IMG/VR virus record: IMGVR_UViG_3300034377_000007 | Coordinates: 1-64,000 of that record | From: a virus | Reading direction: 5' to 3' (one strand) | Length of the DNA: 64,000 bases | In this document: positions 33,838-42,073 of the stretch, one piece after another | Layout: each line of letters starts with the position of its first letter | How positions within the stretch are numbered: position 1 is the stretch's first letter | Notes under the pieces: generated by a model | Database searches by the model: none | Seen by the model: only the letters and a program-made list of their open reading frames with translations | What the model was told of the DNA's origin: nothing | Program-made: the position numbers and the translations under genes

Positions 33838-34107
33838 TCATGTATTTAATCCCCCTTTCCTTTGTCGTTGCTGTTCGCTGTGTTTATGCATTGCTTCCCA
33901 CACCTTCTTCTTCATTTCGACTTCCTTCTTCCGTCTGCGCCGATGTTCAATACGCCCATCCAACCAGTTGACGAAGATGTAGAGGATTGCCGCGCAACCG
34001 TAGATTTGTAGAAGGGGTATTGGGATTATCCAGTCCATGCTTGAATCGAACCAACGTGGAATTGAAACGAAGGCCATCATTGCCGGGCGGCTGGACTCGC
34101 AGAACAT
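33838..34107 (-). CDS. Small membrane protein (start uncertain)
   Basis: The TM segment is WIIPIPLLQIYGCAAILYIFVNW, followed by a basic tail. Confidence 0.4.
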   Translation of the reverse strand: MFCESSRPAMMAFVSIPRWFDSSMDWIIPIPLLQIYGCAAILYIFVNWLDGRIEHRRRRKKEVEMKKKVWEAMHKHSEQQRQRKGGLNT

Positions 34108-34322
34108 CGCCCTGCTTATCCCTGCGGCATGGAGCCACAGTTGCCGCCCGTGTGTGATGGGGAATTACGCTCTTGCGGCCCCATCGCAAACTAAAAGTTA
34201 GGGTAGGGCTGCTACCCGACCGACTAGCGCCACACGTTGCCATTTCAGGACGGTGGCCTCTGTGGTGGCTCGCTGAATTAACTGCGTCTCGCAGCCCATA
34301 ACTGATATTTGACAAAGAGCGA

Positions 34323-34535
34323 TTAAATCTCGTCGGGCCACTCTTCTTCTTGGAAGTCCACGCCTAAGCCTTGCCGCTGCGTTTCGCTGGCGCGCTCCAT
34401 CCATAGCTGCGCGGATAGCCTTACCACTTCAAAGCGGAGTGATTCTTCGCGTTGCTTCAACCGCCCACAATGCCAACTCATTACGGCGATGGCTGAAACC
34501 AGAAGTGCTGTGATGACGGCGAATAAGATTTCCAT
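34323..34535 (-). CDS. Small TM plus helical protein (70 aa)
   Basis: I chose the internal Met, which has an AAGGTG RBS. The sequence begins MEILFAVITALLVSAIAVMSW. Confidence 0.45.
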   Translation of the reverse strand: MEILFAVITALLVSAIAVMSWHCGRLKQREESLRFEVVRLSAQLWMERASETQRQGLGVDFQEEEWPDEI

Positions 34536-34645
34536 GTAGCACCTTGAGCTTCGCTTCCCCCGTAGCGATAAAAAGATTGATTGCTGGTAAGACATTGACT
34601 TTGATAACGAACCCTTGCCGTTCCGCTCGAGATAGGCGCTCGCTT

Positions 34646-34855
34646 TCAGCGAGACGCGGGTTTTTGAATGTTGGCTATAAGCTTAGTCCGCTGAAGAAAG
34701 TTGTTAATGTGGTAAACAAACGGCGCGCATCCTTTGCGCCTCGCCATGACCCAGTTATCAATAACGCCCATGACTTTTATTTTGCCTAGACTGTCCTCGA
34801 AGACTGCGCCGGGAACAACGGTTGGTTTTCGTGCTTCAATTTCCGGGTCTGGCAT
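34646..34855 (-). CDS. Hypothetical protein (69 aa)
   Basis: It is the first ORF downstream of the cro-like gene. Confidence 0.5.
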   Translation of the reverse strand: MPDPEIEARKPTVVPGAVFEDSLGKIKVMGVIDNWVMARRKGCAPFVYHINNFLQRTKLIANIQKPASR

Positions 34856-34937
34856 GATTATCCTTTTTAAATCAGTTAGGGCGCACTCCCCCGGCTGACC
34901 TTTGATTTCGGATATGGGGGAGAATGAAGAATGATGT

Positions 34938-35207
34938 TCACGCTGCTAGTCGCTTTTCCTCTTCGGGGTCAGCCAGAGGTCTTCCAACGGCTGAGACAGG
35001 CACGCCCAAGTAATCCGCAAATCTCTTCCTGATTTGTGGGTAAACAAATGGGGCGCGGCGATTCACTACACGACTGATTTTTGTTGGCGTGGCCCTCTCG
35101 GCTTTCCACTTGCGCGCCAACTTCACAAAATTGTCGCCGTTGAGGATGACCGCCGCCTTGATTTCCTCCGGCGTAAGAACCTTGCCGTTCAGTGGTGAAA
35201 GTGGCAT
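34938..35207 (-). CDS. Cro-like small DNA-binding protein (89 aa)
   Basis: The start is at MPLSPLNG, with an AGGAG RBS. It is divergent from the XRE repressor across a 64-bp region carrying a palindrome. The longer track ORF is an over-extension. Confidence 0.55.
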   Translation of the reverse strand: MPLSPLNGKVLTPEEIKAAVILNGDNFVKLARKWKAERATPTKISRVVNRRAPFVYPQIRKRFADYLGVPVSAVGRPLADPEEEKRLAA

Positions 35208-35254
35208 AGTTGCTCCTTTGTCTAGCCTGCTTTTGCAGGTGTAATATAAGGATA

Positions 35255-35271
35255 ACTTAACTAGGTTAAGT
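35255..35271. promoter_or_regulatory. Operator-like 7-3-7 palindrome in the switch region
   Basis: ACTTAAC-TAG-GTTAAGT is perfectly symmetric and abuts the repressor ATG. Confidence 0.6.
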
Positions 35272-35850
35272 ATGTCAAGAGAAAAGTCTGCCCCACCGAA
35301 GGGAGAGGTAAAACACCGTGGCCCGAAGTCTGAGCATCCCGAGCCAAAAGTAGGATCATTACCTTGGAAGATTAGACAGAAGAGAAGGAAAGACGGGCTT
35401 AGTACTGGCGACTTAGGTAAAAAGATAGGCGTCTCAGGCGTATCTATATCCAAGATTGAAACCGGGCGAACCCATATTAGCGAGTCCACTATGTGGACTG
35501 TTATAAAAATCGTTCAAGCGTTGAATACTGATTTTAATGAGCCTGTGGTGCGTGAGCACTTACAAGAATGGATACCCCGCTTAGACGATGTATGGCGGAT
35601 AGTGGAATATGGGCCGCACGACTTCGGAAAGCCAGAACAAGACACCGCAGAATACCCGCCAATGCCGCCGCAAACGCGCAGCCGATCAATGCACGCTGGC
35701 CTGGTGGGGACGGGTGGGACTAAAGGCGAGCCCGTAAACATCAACGAAGAGGAAATGAAAGATTTTCATGCCGTTATTCAACACGCCCGCACAGACCAAA
35801 AAAGGCGTGGCGTTTCTGCGAAAGTCAGTAAGAAAAGAGGCGGGAAATGA
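35272..35850 (+). CDS. XRE-family repressor (CI/ImmR-like, no S24 peptidase domain)
   Basis: The HTH_3 pattern is IRQKRRKDGLSTGDLGKKIGVSGVSISKIETGRTHIS. It is followed by an ImmA-type protease gene. Confidence 0.8.
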   Translation: MSREKSAPPKGEVKHRGPKSEHPEPKVGSLPWKIRQKRRKDGLSTGDLGKKIGVSGVSISKIETGRTHISESTMWTVIKIVQALNTDFNEPVVREHLQEWIPRLDDVWRIVEYGPHDFGKPEQDTAEYPPMPPQTRSRSMHAGLVGTGGTKGEPVNINEEEMKDFHAVIQHARTDQKRRGVSAKVSKKRGGK

Positions 35851-36293
35851 TCTGCATGGCTAAAAGATTCCGGCAAATAAGAAGGGGCTGGAATAAGAGG
35901 CCGTTAACAGAGAAAGACTTTTGGGCGTTGTGCAAGCAGTATGGAATTGATATTGTTGAGGACGACACTAAGCACATGAAATGGCCAGGCATCTATACGG
36001 TGATTGACGATGTGCCAACTATTATCTTAAAGGCCAACCTGAAGGGCTTAGAGCGCCTGTGGGCAATGTTCCACGAATTAGGCCATCATCTTTTGCATAC
36101 ACCCGAAACTTGCTTTTTCTCTGATAGCACAGTCCATAAGGTACAATCGGAAGCCAACGCTTTCGCCGCCATTGCGTTGATTCCTGAAAAGGTAGTAAGA
36201 CAAACGCCTCTATGGGAACTTTATGATGTGGATGAGTTCGCAGTTAAGCTATTTCAAATCAGATTAGAGGTGTATGAACAGTACAAAATGTAA
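35847..36293 (+). CDS. ImmA/IrrE-family metalloprotease (anti-repressor)
   Basis: It has an HEXXH motif (FHELGHHLLH), is about 150 aa, and overlaps the XRE stop by 4 nt. Confidence 0.75.
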   Translation: MICMAKRFRQIRRGWNKRPLTEKDFWALCKQYGIDIVEDDTKHMKWPGIYTVIDDVPTIILKANLKGLERLWAMFHELGHHLLHTPETCFFSDSTVHKVQSEANAFAAIALIPEKVVRQTPLWELYDVDEFAVKLFQIRLEVYEQYKM

Positions 36294-36318
36294 TCTTAAC
36301 GAAGGGAGGGCATGACAA

Positions 36319-36756
36319 GTGGTTAGGCCAGGCTGCTTGTGGTGTGACAGAGAATTAACAGAGGAAGAGTTCAAGCTTAGCAATCTATGCGATGAATGCG
36401 AGAAGGTTTCTGAGGGGATTCCAGGGATGTCCAAAGAGCAACTTGATACCCTGCCCTTTGGGGTCGTCCACTTAGACCGGGACGGCAAAGTCCTAGCGTT
36501 CAACCACGCAGAGAAGAGATTATCAGGTTTGCCGGAGCGAGAATACATCGGTCGCAATTTTTTCACCGAGATCGCGCCGTGCTCAGACGTTCAGGACTTT
36601 AAAGGAAGGTTCACCGAGTTCCTAAACGGAAACCATCTTTCCGAGCGCTTCGATTTCGCCTACCGATTCAGGGCGTATACCGTAGACGTTCAGATTACTT
36701 TTCTGCGGGTTAATCAGCAGATGGCCTTTGTGTTGAGTAGGCGGGTTCAAAGGTAA
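36319..36756 (+). CDS. Zinc-ribbon plus photoactive-yellow-protein (PYP)-like PAS protein
   Basis: It has a GTG start with a GGGAGGG RBS. The N-terminus is CLWC-x15-CDEC. The rest aligns with PYP: QLDTLPFGVVHLDRDGKVLAFNHAE...IGRNFFTEIAPCSD...FKGRF. Confidence 0.8.
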   Translation: MVRPGCLWCDRELTEEEFKLSNLCDECEKVSEGIPGMSKEQLDTLPFGVVHLDRDGKVLAFNHAEKRLSGLPEREYIGRNFFTEIAPCSDVQDFKGRFTEFLNGNHLSERFDFAYRFRAYTVDVQITFLRVNQQMAFVLSRRVQR

Positions 36757-36813
36757 AGCGTTTGAGATTCGTAAGACGTAAGGGAGTCCCATACTGATAG
36801 AAAGGCCGCACCA

Positions 36814-37620
36814 ATGCCACTCAAAGATTTACTCAAGCAATCCCCGGAAACCTTTCCAATTTCCGACGAAGATGAATTGAGCGTCAACTTGTGGACAAAT
36901 GAGTTCATCTTTGAAGTCAGGTACGCACCAAACGCCCGCATCTTAGACCATCGCGGGAAATGGGCGGAACTTATCTCAAATCACATGGGATTCAAGCACT
37001 GGCAGATAATTGAAAACCGCATTGATGTCTTTTCGGAAGACCAGAAATCACGCGCCTTTGTGGGACACGACCGCGCTGGATACGTTCTTATTGACAGTCC
37101 TGGCAAAAGGTATTTTCAAGGGCAGACTGAGAAGCTTCTAAGGTATCTATTTAGATTAACCGAGTTTGGGGGTAGATTGAAAACAGAGCGCATTGGCGTG
37201 CGTTGCCGATTTGGGGTTAGATACGATGGGACATTTGATGAGCTATGCGAAAGAACGGCATCCCAATACATTTCAATCCCACAATCGACGCGCGCTGCCT
37301 TTGGCGAAAGCGCCCGCTTGAAAGACATAGGTATAGCGCTAAATTATGCCGATGAAATGGGCCGCTTTAATACTAATTGCGGCCCCATGACAAAAGCCGA
37401 GCTGGCGCAATTCTTTCAAAGGGACACAGAGAACCCGCCCCCCGAGGTGGGCTTCTACTTCGACATTGATTATTTCGTCAGACCCAAAGTCGAAATGATG
37501 GGAATTGAAATTATTCATAAAGTAATGAGGTTCTCAGATCAAAGCGTTAAGCGTTTTCAGTCGGTGCTTGAAATTTTAAATGGGGATACCCTTGATCGAA
37601 AGGCCCCTATTGAGCGATAG
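36814..37620 (+). CDS. Hypothetical 268-aa protein (possibly TIGR04255-like)
   Basis: It is a complete ORF in A/T-richer DNA in the immunity operon. The N-terminal FEVRYAPNARILDHRGKWAELI is reminiscent of that family, from memory only. Confidence 0.6.
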   Translation: MPLKDLLKQSPETFPISDEDELSVNLWTNEFIFEVRYAPNARILDHRGKWAELISNHMGFKHWQIIENRIDVFSEDQKSRAFVGHDRAGYVLIDSPGKRYFQGQTEKLLRYLFRLTEFGGRLKTERIGVRCRFGVRYDGTFDELCERTASQYISIPQSTRAAFGESARLKDIGIALNYADEMGRFNTNCGPMTKAELAQFFQRDTENPPPEVGFYFDIDYFVRPKVEMMGIEIIHKVMRFSDQSVKRFQSVLEILNGDTLDRKAPIER

Positions 37621-37668
37621 GGGCATGAGGGTTGAAAGTGCATAGGGAAAGTCTATGGTGACTAGAGT

Positions 37669-38205
37669 ATGGGCTCATCCTCGCGCAGAAAAAGAACGGC
37701 TCAAGCCTCAAGGCTGGTAGCAGAGCAGAAAGCGCCGCCTCTCAGGGTTGCTGTAATCCGTCCTGAACAACCATCCGACTCCACGGAGTTTCCTGGCTCA
37801 CGAGACATCCCTTCTGCGGCGCAATTCCTCAGGAGCGAGGACGCGACCACAGCGCCACCCATAACAAAAGACCCTGAGAAGATTGAAGCTCAAGGGCAAA
37901 GCCTCACGAGTGCCACACCCGCCGGTGCGCTCGTAAACTTTTTACAGGGTAATATCAAACCGGCAGCCTTTTCGCTAATCATACTTGTAGCTACAAGCTG
38001 GTTTGTATTTTGCATATGGATTCTTAAAAATGACAGTGATGCCGGGCGACTTGTTGATCGGGAAGGTTATAAACTGTATTCGTATAAAGTGCTGGCGGCG
38101 TCAGTTCTATTTTTGGTACTCATTGTACTGATTATTATTGTCTACATCGTTTTTACTGTGTTTGAAATTGTCCAGCAGAAACTCTTCCCACAAGACCCTA
38201 GTTAA
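37669..38205 (+). CDS. Membrane protein with disordered N-terminus and two C-terminal TM helices
   Basis: The TM helices are AAFSLIILVATSWFVFCIWIL and VLAASVLFLVLIVLIIIVYIVFTVF. Confidence 0.6.
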   Translation: MGSSSRRKRTAQASRLVAEQKAPPLRVAVIRPEQPSDSTEFPGSRDIPSAAQFLRSEDATTAPPITKDPEKIEAQGQSLTSATPAGALVNFLQGNIKPAAFSLIILVATSWFVFCIWILKNDSDAGRLVDREGYKLYSYKVLAASVLFLVLIVLIIIVYIVFTVFEIVQQKLFPQDPS

Positions 38206-38494
38206 AGCACCACTTCAGCCGGGTGATGAATTTCTTGAATTGCTCTATGGCTTCCTTATTGCCAGTTATGCTGACTATGTAATAAGAATTAAGCAGGCTC
38301 TTGTGTTCGGTTATCTCATATGAAATCCCTGCTAGGTCGCAGAAACAGCGTACCCTGCTTGTCACAAAGCGCCGAAACAAGCAAAACAATGAAAAGGCAA
38401 ATCTAACTTTTACCTGTTCTGACATTCCTACCAACCCATAAAACCGTTATCTCGTCTTCTGAAACCTTTGCCTGTCTTGTACCATCTGTAATAC

Positions 38495-38545
38495 ACAGCC
38501 TGTTCCAAGCATGAAACAGACCGTTTTGCAGGCTGTTTTTGTTTC
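38495..38545 (+). terminator. Terminator-like hairpin ending the immunity operon
   Basis: An 8-bp stem ACAGCCTG/CAGGCTGT with a 26-nt loop is followed by TTTTTGTTT. Confidence 0.5.
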
Positions 38546-38640
38546 AGGCGTGAAACAACCACAGCCCGCCTAACTCCCATATACCCAAGCCGCTTTAAGG
38601 CATTGCAAATTTCCTTCCCCCATCTTATCAAAAATATTGC

Positions 38641-38669
38641 TTGCAAACCTAACTAAGTTAAGTTATACT
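38641..38669 (+). promoter_or_regulatory. Near-consensus sigma70 early promoter with the operator filling the spacer
   Basis: The promoter is TTGCAA-17 nt-TATACT. The spacer (38647-38663) is ACCTAAC-TAA-GTTAAGT, which differs at 2 of 17 positions from the 35255 palindrome. An A/T-rich tract lies upstream. Confidence 0.7.
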
Positions 38670-38793
38670 GCTTTTGCACTTGCAACGAAGGGACAGCAAG
38701 AGGCCGATAGATTTAAAGATTTTTTCACTTTTCAGCTTATTGATTCTTACAGAGAGAACGATACCGGAAACAGTTTCTCAGGAGCGACCAAAG

Positions 38794-39105
38794 ATGCTGA
38801 CAACCACGACACTCCCCGGCATTCACTTTCAAGATCGCAACGCCATGACAGACCAGAGGGCAGTGGACTTCAAGCTCGATACAGGAGGGCGTGAGGGCTT
38901 CGAGGTTCGTCTTGATGGTGACTACCCGGCTACTCCGAAGTACACCATTGAAAAAAAGGTTGAAGTCGAATCCTATCTCGTCGGATGGGATGGCCGCAGG
39001 CGCTACCGGTTTGTTAAGTGGTATCGCGTGCTTGTTGACGGCAAGGCGGTCGCCTATGGACTGAAGAGGGCGAGTGCTTACAAGTTGGCGAAGGAGCTGG
39101 CGTGA
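38794..39105 (+). CDS. Early-operon hypothetical protein (103 aa)
   Basis: The ATG has an AGGAG RBS. The longer track ORF starts inside the 5' UTR. Confidence 0.55.
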   Translation: MLTTTTLPGIHFQDRNAMTDQRAVDFKLDTGGREGFEVRLDGDYPATPKYTIEKKVEVESYLVGWDGRRRYRFVKWYRVLVDGKAVAYGLKRASAYKLAKELA

Positions 39106-39171
39106 GGGAGATTACGCTTTCTCAAGACAAGGTTGCTCGTCTCAACTTTCCGCAGGAGGCCAGATAGCGAC

Positions 39172-39436
39172 GATGGTTGAAGCCCCTAATACACACCCTT
39201 TTGAAATCTACGTCGGCAGCCTAGCAGCGATGGAGATGGTTGCATTTCGCGGCGTAAAAGGTCTGAATCCTGACACGCACAGATGGCAAGTCGTCTCTAA
39301 GACCGCAACCTACCAAGTTATCAAGGATTTTGAGGTAGCAGATGAAGAAACGGACGAAAAATTTTGGTGCGCTTCCCTGTTCTGCGATCAAGACTTGCGC
39401 ACTATAGCTAATGGGAAAAGTCTAATCATCCCATGA
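39172..39436 (+). CDS. Early-operon hypothetical protein (87 aa)
   Basis: The ATG is preceded by GGAGG. Confidence 0.5.
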
Positions 39437-39521
39437 TTTTAATAAGTTACTTGATTCACAGTGCTTGGAAAGATTCTGAATTGACGGGCTATCAAATGCC
39501 ACTCGCTCAGAAGGAGGCCGC

Positions 39522-39725
39522 ATGAGCGCAATCCTTGAAGTCGCACCCGAGGTCATCGCCAGCAAAGAACTCCACGCTGGCCCGTGTTGTGCGGATGGAA
39601 TTCCCTGCCATACGTGGCTGCGGGAGTTTAGAAGTGAGTATAGAGACTTTCACGTTGGGCGAATTAAAGAAGCACGTAAGATCGAAGCGTTAAGCATTGA
39701 TGAATCTTGGATGGAGACAGCATGA
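39522..39725 (+). CDS. Early-operon hypothetical protein (67 aa)
   Basis: It has an AAGGAGG RBS. Confidence 0.55.
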   Translation: MSAILEVAPEVIASKELHAGPCCADGIPCHTWLREFRSEYRDFHVGRIKEARKIEALSIDESWMETA

Positions 39726-39928
39726 TGTTCGCCCGCCGCTCACATCTTCGTGGTAAAGGCTTCAGCAAGCCGCGCACTCGCATGGCCTCGCGCCGCTATC
39801 ACAAGCTCGATACGCGGAAGGGCTTGAAGGACAAGCGCGACAGGTTATTCAGCATCTTCATCCGTCTACGCGATGGCTCTTGTGTCCTCTGTGGTTCAAC
39901 CTTAAATCTTGAAAGCATGAAGCGTTAA
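39722..39928 (+). pseudogene. NinG-like fragment (68 aa), apparently truncated
   Basis: KRDRLFSIFIRLRDGSCVLCGS resembles the (F)IR.RD...C..CG segment of lambda NinG-type proteins. The ORF stops a few residues later. Confidence 0.4.
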
Positions 39929-39971
39929 ACCAAGCTATTTATTTTCTGTTCAACAGAGAGAGGGGCAGCAG

Positions 39972-40304
39972 ATGACACGCACGAAACGAGTTGATGAAGA
40001 TATCGAGAGACAACCAACTCTGGGATGCATCACCGCCGCCGAATACATCATTGACTTCGGGCAGATGGACGGTGTGAGTAGCGCGTTCAAAGAAAGCCTC
40101 GAAGATATGCCGTCCGAGCAGGATGCTATTCAGGCACTAGCAAGGCATATCAACAACGCTACAGGCACAAGTGAGCTGCTGGCAGCGCTGATCGGGGTTG
40201 TGGCTATAGCCGACCGCCGGACGGTCGAGTTTGACACTGCCCGCGCCGCAATCGCCAAATACCAGGGCAGCACTCAACCCGCCCGCAGCCGCCGAACAAG
40301 TTAA
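39972..40304 (+). CDS. Early-operon hypothetical protein (110 aa)
   Basis: It is a complete ORF with a GAGAGGGG RBS. Confidence 0.55.
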   Translation: MTRTKRVDEDIERQPTLGCITAAEYIIDFGQMDGVSSAFKESLEDMPSEQDAIQALARHINNATGTSELLAALIGVVAIADRRTVEFDTARAAIAKYQGSTQPARSRRTS

Positions 40305-40318
40305 CCGAATCTTGAGAG

Positions 40319-40513
40319 ATGTTCGCGATGGCAAAGAAAACAAAAAGATTTGTGGTTGCCGACCTGGGCTTTATCTATCCCATCGTGCGCCCATACAAGC
40401 GCATCAGGAATTGGGGCGTCAAGGATACCGTGGAATGGCGAATAGTCGCATCAGGCAGTAAACCCTACTGCCAGGGAATCGCTAAGGCACTAGAGGCAGA
40501 GGCGCGCAGTTGA
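40319..40513 (+). CDS. Early-operon hypothetical protein (64 aa)
   Basis: It is a complete, basic ORF. Confidence 0.45.
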   Translation: MFAMAKKTKRFVVADLGFIYPIVRPYKRIRNWGVKDTVEWRIVASGSKPYCQGIAKALEAEARS

Positions 40514-40547
40514 AAACCTGTGCGCTGGCTATCGCATACCTACCTCC

Positions 40548-40667
40548 ATGGAAGAAGTTAAGGCGGCAGAAGAAGCGATGAAGGATGAGCCCGTGCGCGA
40601 GCTGCCGGAATCGCTGAAAGACCCCTACGCGATCATCAAGGCCCATCCTGAAGTGTTTGGTAAATAG
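40548..40667 (+). CDS. Small ORF (39 aa)
   Basis: It begins MEEVKAAEEAMKDEPVRELPESLKDPYAIIKAHPEVFGK. Its TAG abuts the next ATG. Confidence 0.35.
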   Translation: MEEVKAAEEAMKDEPVRELPESLKDPYAIIKAHPEVFGK

Positions 40668-40802
40668 ATGAAACGAGCCAGCCCCACATCTCCACTTAAT
40701 AATTTTGGCGTTACAGGCCAGCGCGGAGGCGGCGGCTACATAGAGGGCTGCTATCACTCTTGCGGAGGCAGGCGTAGGCACATAAAACGGGTAAGAGGAT
40801 AG
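40668..40802 (+). CDS. Small ORF (44 aa)
   Basis: It is coupled to the previous small ORF and is Gly/Arg-rich. Confidence 0.3.
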   Translation: MKRASPTSPLNNFGVTGQRGGGGYIEGCYHSCGGRRRHIKRVRG

Positions 40803-40812
40803 TGAGGTAAAG

Positions 40813-41013
40813 ATGAAAGACCCTGACTATACAAATCTAATCACGCACAAGGAGTCCGATGCGTTCATTAGATGGACATGTCCCGAAGGTCATAAGCAAA
40901 AGGACTATACGCCAGTTGATAGCGTCGCCTATTGCATTGAGTGTAGGCGAGATTACCGCTGGTCGGAGATAACGAAATATAGCGGATTGATGACGGCAGA
41001 ATGGTTGCTATAA
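40813..41013 (+). CDS. Early-operon zinc-ribbon-like protein (66 aa)
   Basis: It has a GAGGTAAAG RBS and a CPEGH...CIEC pattern. Confidence 0.5.
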   Translation: MKDPDYTNLITHKESDAFIRWTCPEGHKQKDYTPVDSVAYCIECRRDYRWSEITKYSGLMTAEWLL

Positions 41014-41282
41014 CCATGCTCTTCATCTTCATAGGAATAGCCTTGTTCTACCTGGCTTACATATCGAAAGGAGTCTTGATGAATAAGCTTGTCAATCTAC
41101 TTCGTCGCCTGCTACGCCAGCCACAGGAGCGGCACACCGCCAATGTATTGCCTGTGCCGGGGAAGTGCGCGGATGAGCCCCAGGAGTGGAAAAAGAGAAT
41201 CGCACGGATTCATGCATTGATCGAAGAGAGGAAAGCGGCGCAGAGACTCGCAGGGCAAGTAGTTGATCGTGATGCAGCCTGA
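41001..41282 (+). CDS. Early-operon protein with N-terminal TM helix (93 aa)
   Basis: The TM segment is ITMLFIFIGIALFYLAYI. Confidence 0.5.
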   Translation: MVAITMLFIFIGIALFYLAYISKGVLMNKLVNLLRRLLRQPQERHTANVLPVPGKCADEPQEWKKRIARIHALIEERKAAQRLAGQVVDRDAA

Positions 41283-41295
41283 CGGGGGAGAGGAA

Positions 41296-41592
41296 ATGGC
41301 TCAACGCATATCAGAAGAGAAGATAGCAGTTGTATACGAATTCTACGGCCCGTCTTACTACGGGAGGCGGAACAAGCGGCTTGCCCGTCCCGTCAGCAAG
41401 GCGGTCGCCAGACCTTGCGACCGCCTTGTCAACTTTTCAGGGCGTCGAACCGGCACACTCAAGCGGCATGAAATTAGGCGCTTCCTAGGCGGCTTATCAT
41501 TCGACGGTTGGTTGGTTGATTGGGGAGATTATATATCCTGGACGAACAGTGATTATATGCAGCTTATCAACGCAGATGAGGTGCTCTCGTGA
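41296..41592 (+). CDS. Early-operon hypothetical protein (98 aa)
   Basis: I chose the internal Met, which has a GGGGGAGAGG RBS. Confidence 0.5.
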   Translation: MAQRISEEKIAVVYEFYGPSYYGRRNKRLARPVSKAVARPCDRLVNFSGRRTGTLKRHEIRRFLGGLSFDGWLVDWGDYISWTNSDYMQLINADEVLS

Positions 41593-41624
41593 TTGCGCCC
41601 TAAAGGGCGTCTTGGAAAGGGTGA

Positions 41625-42029
41625 ATGGCTGCTAGCCCAAAACAACTTGAACTATTCAGAGACGGCTATACTCGGATTGAAGCTAACAGCGAGCAAAAGC
41701 ATTCTGTTTTTCAGTTTGGCGCTGGCCGGGATTTCGTGGTGTTCAATGACCAGGAACTATCAATGGATGCGGTCACGGATGAGGATATTGACCTATGCGA
41801 GATAGAAGCGGGTTCACACTTCGCCTCTGCGGCATGGAGTTGTAATTGTAGCTGGTTTTTTATCATTACCGAGGACTCGATCTTGCTCTTTAACACTTAT
41901 TCGACAAAAGGCTTTCGATGCAGAAAGAAGAGCGCAGCTTTTATTGAGGCGTTTCTTGATGCGCCATATAGCCTAAAGCGTCAAAACAGCAAGCGTCAAA
42001 CTAAATCCGGCTCCCCTCTCGCCTTGTAG
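41625..42029 (+). CDS. Early-operon hypothetical protein (134 aa)
   Basis: It is a complete ORF with an AAGGGTGA RBS. Confidence 0.55.
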   Translation: MAASPKQLELFRDGYTRIEANSEQKHSVFQFGAGRDFVVFNDQELSMDAVTDEDIDLCEIEAGSHFASAAWSCNCSWFFIITEDSILLFNTYSTKGFRCRKKSAAFIEAFLDAPYSLKRQNSKRQTKSGSPLAL

Positions 42030-42073
42030 AGGGGCGGGAGGAAGAGAAATGACCAGTAGGGTCGAAGGAGTGA

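Noticed and set aside
40482-40781. A 99-aa minus-strand ORF lies within the plus-strand early operon.
   Set aside because: It is on the opposite strand to a tightly packed operon. Two small coupled plus-strand ORFs with better composition cover the same DNA.
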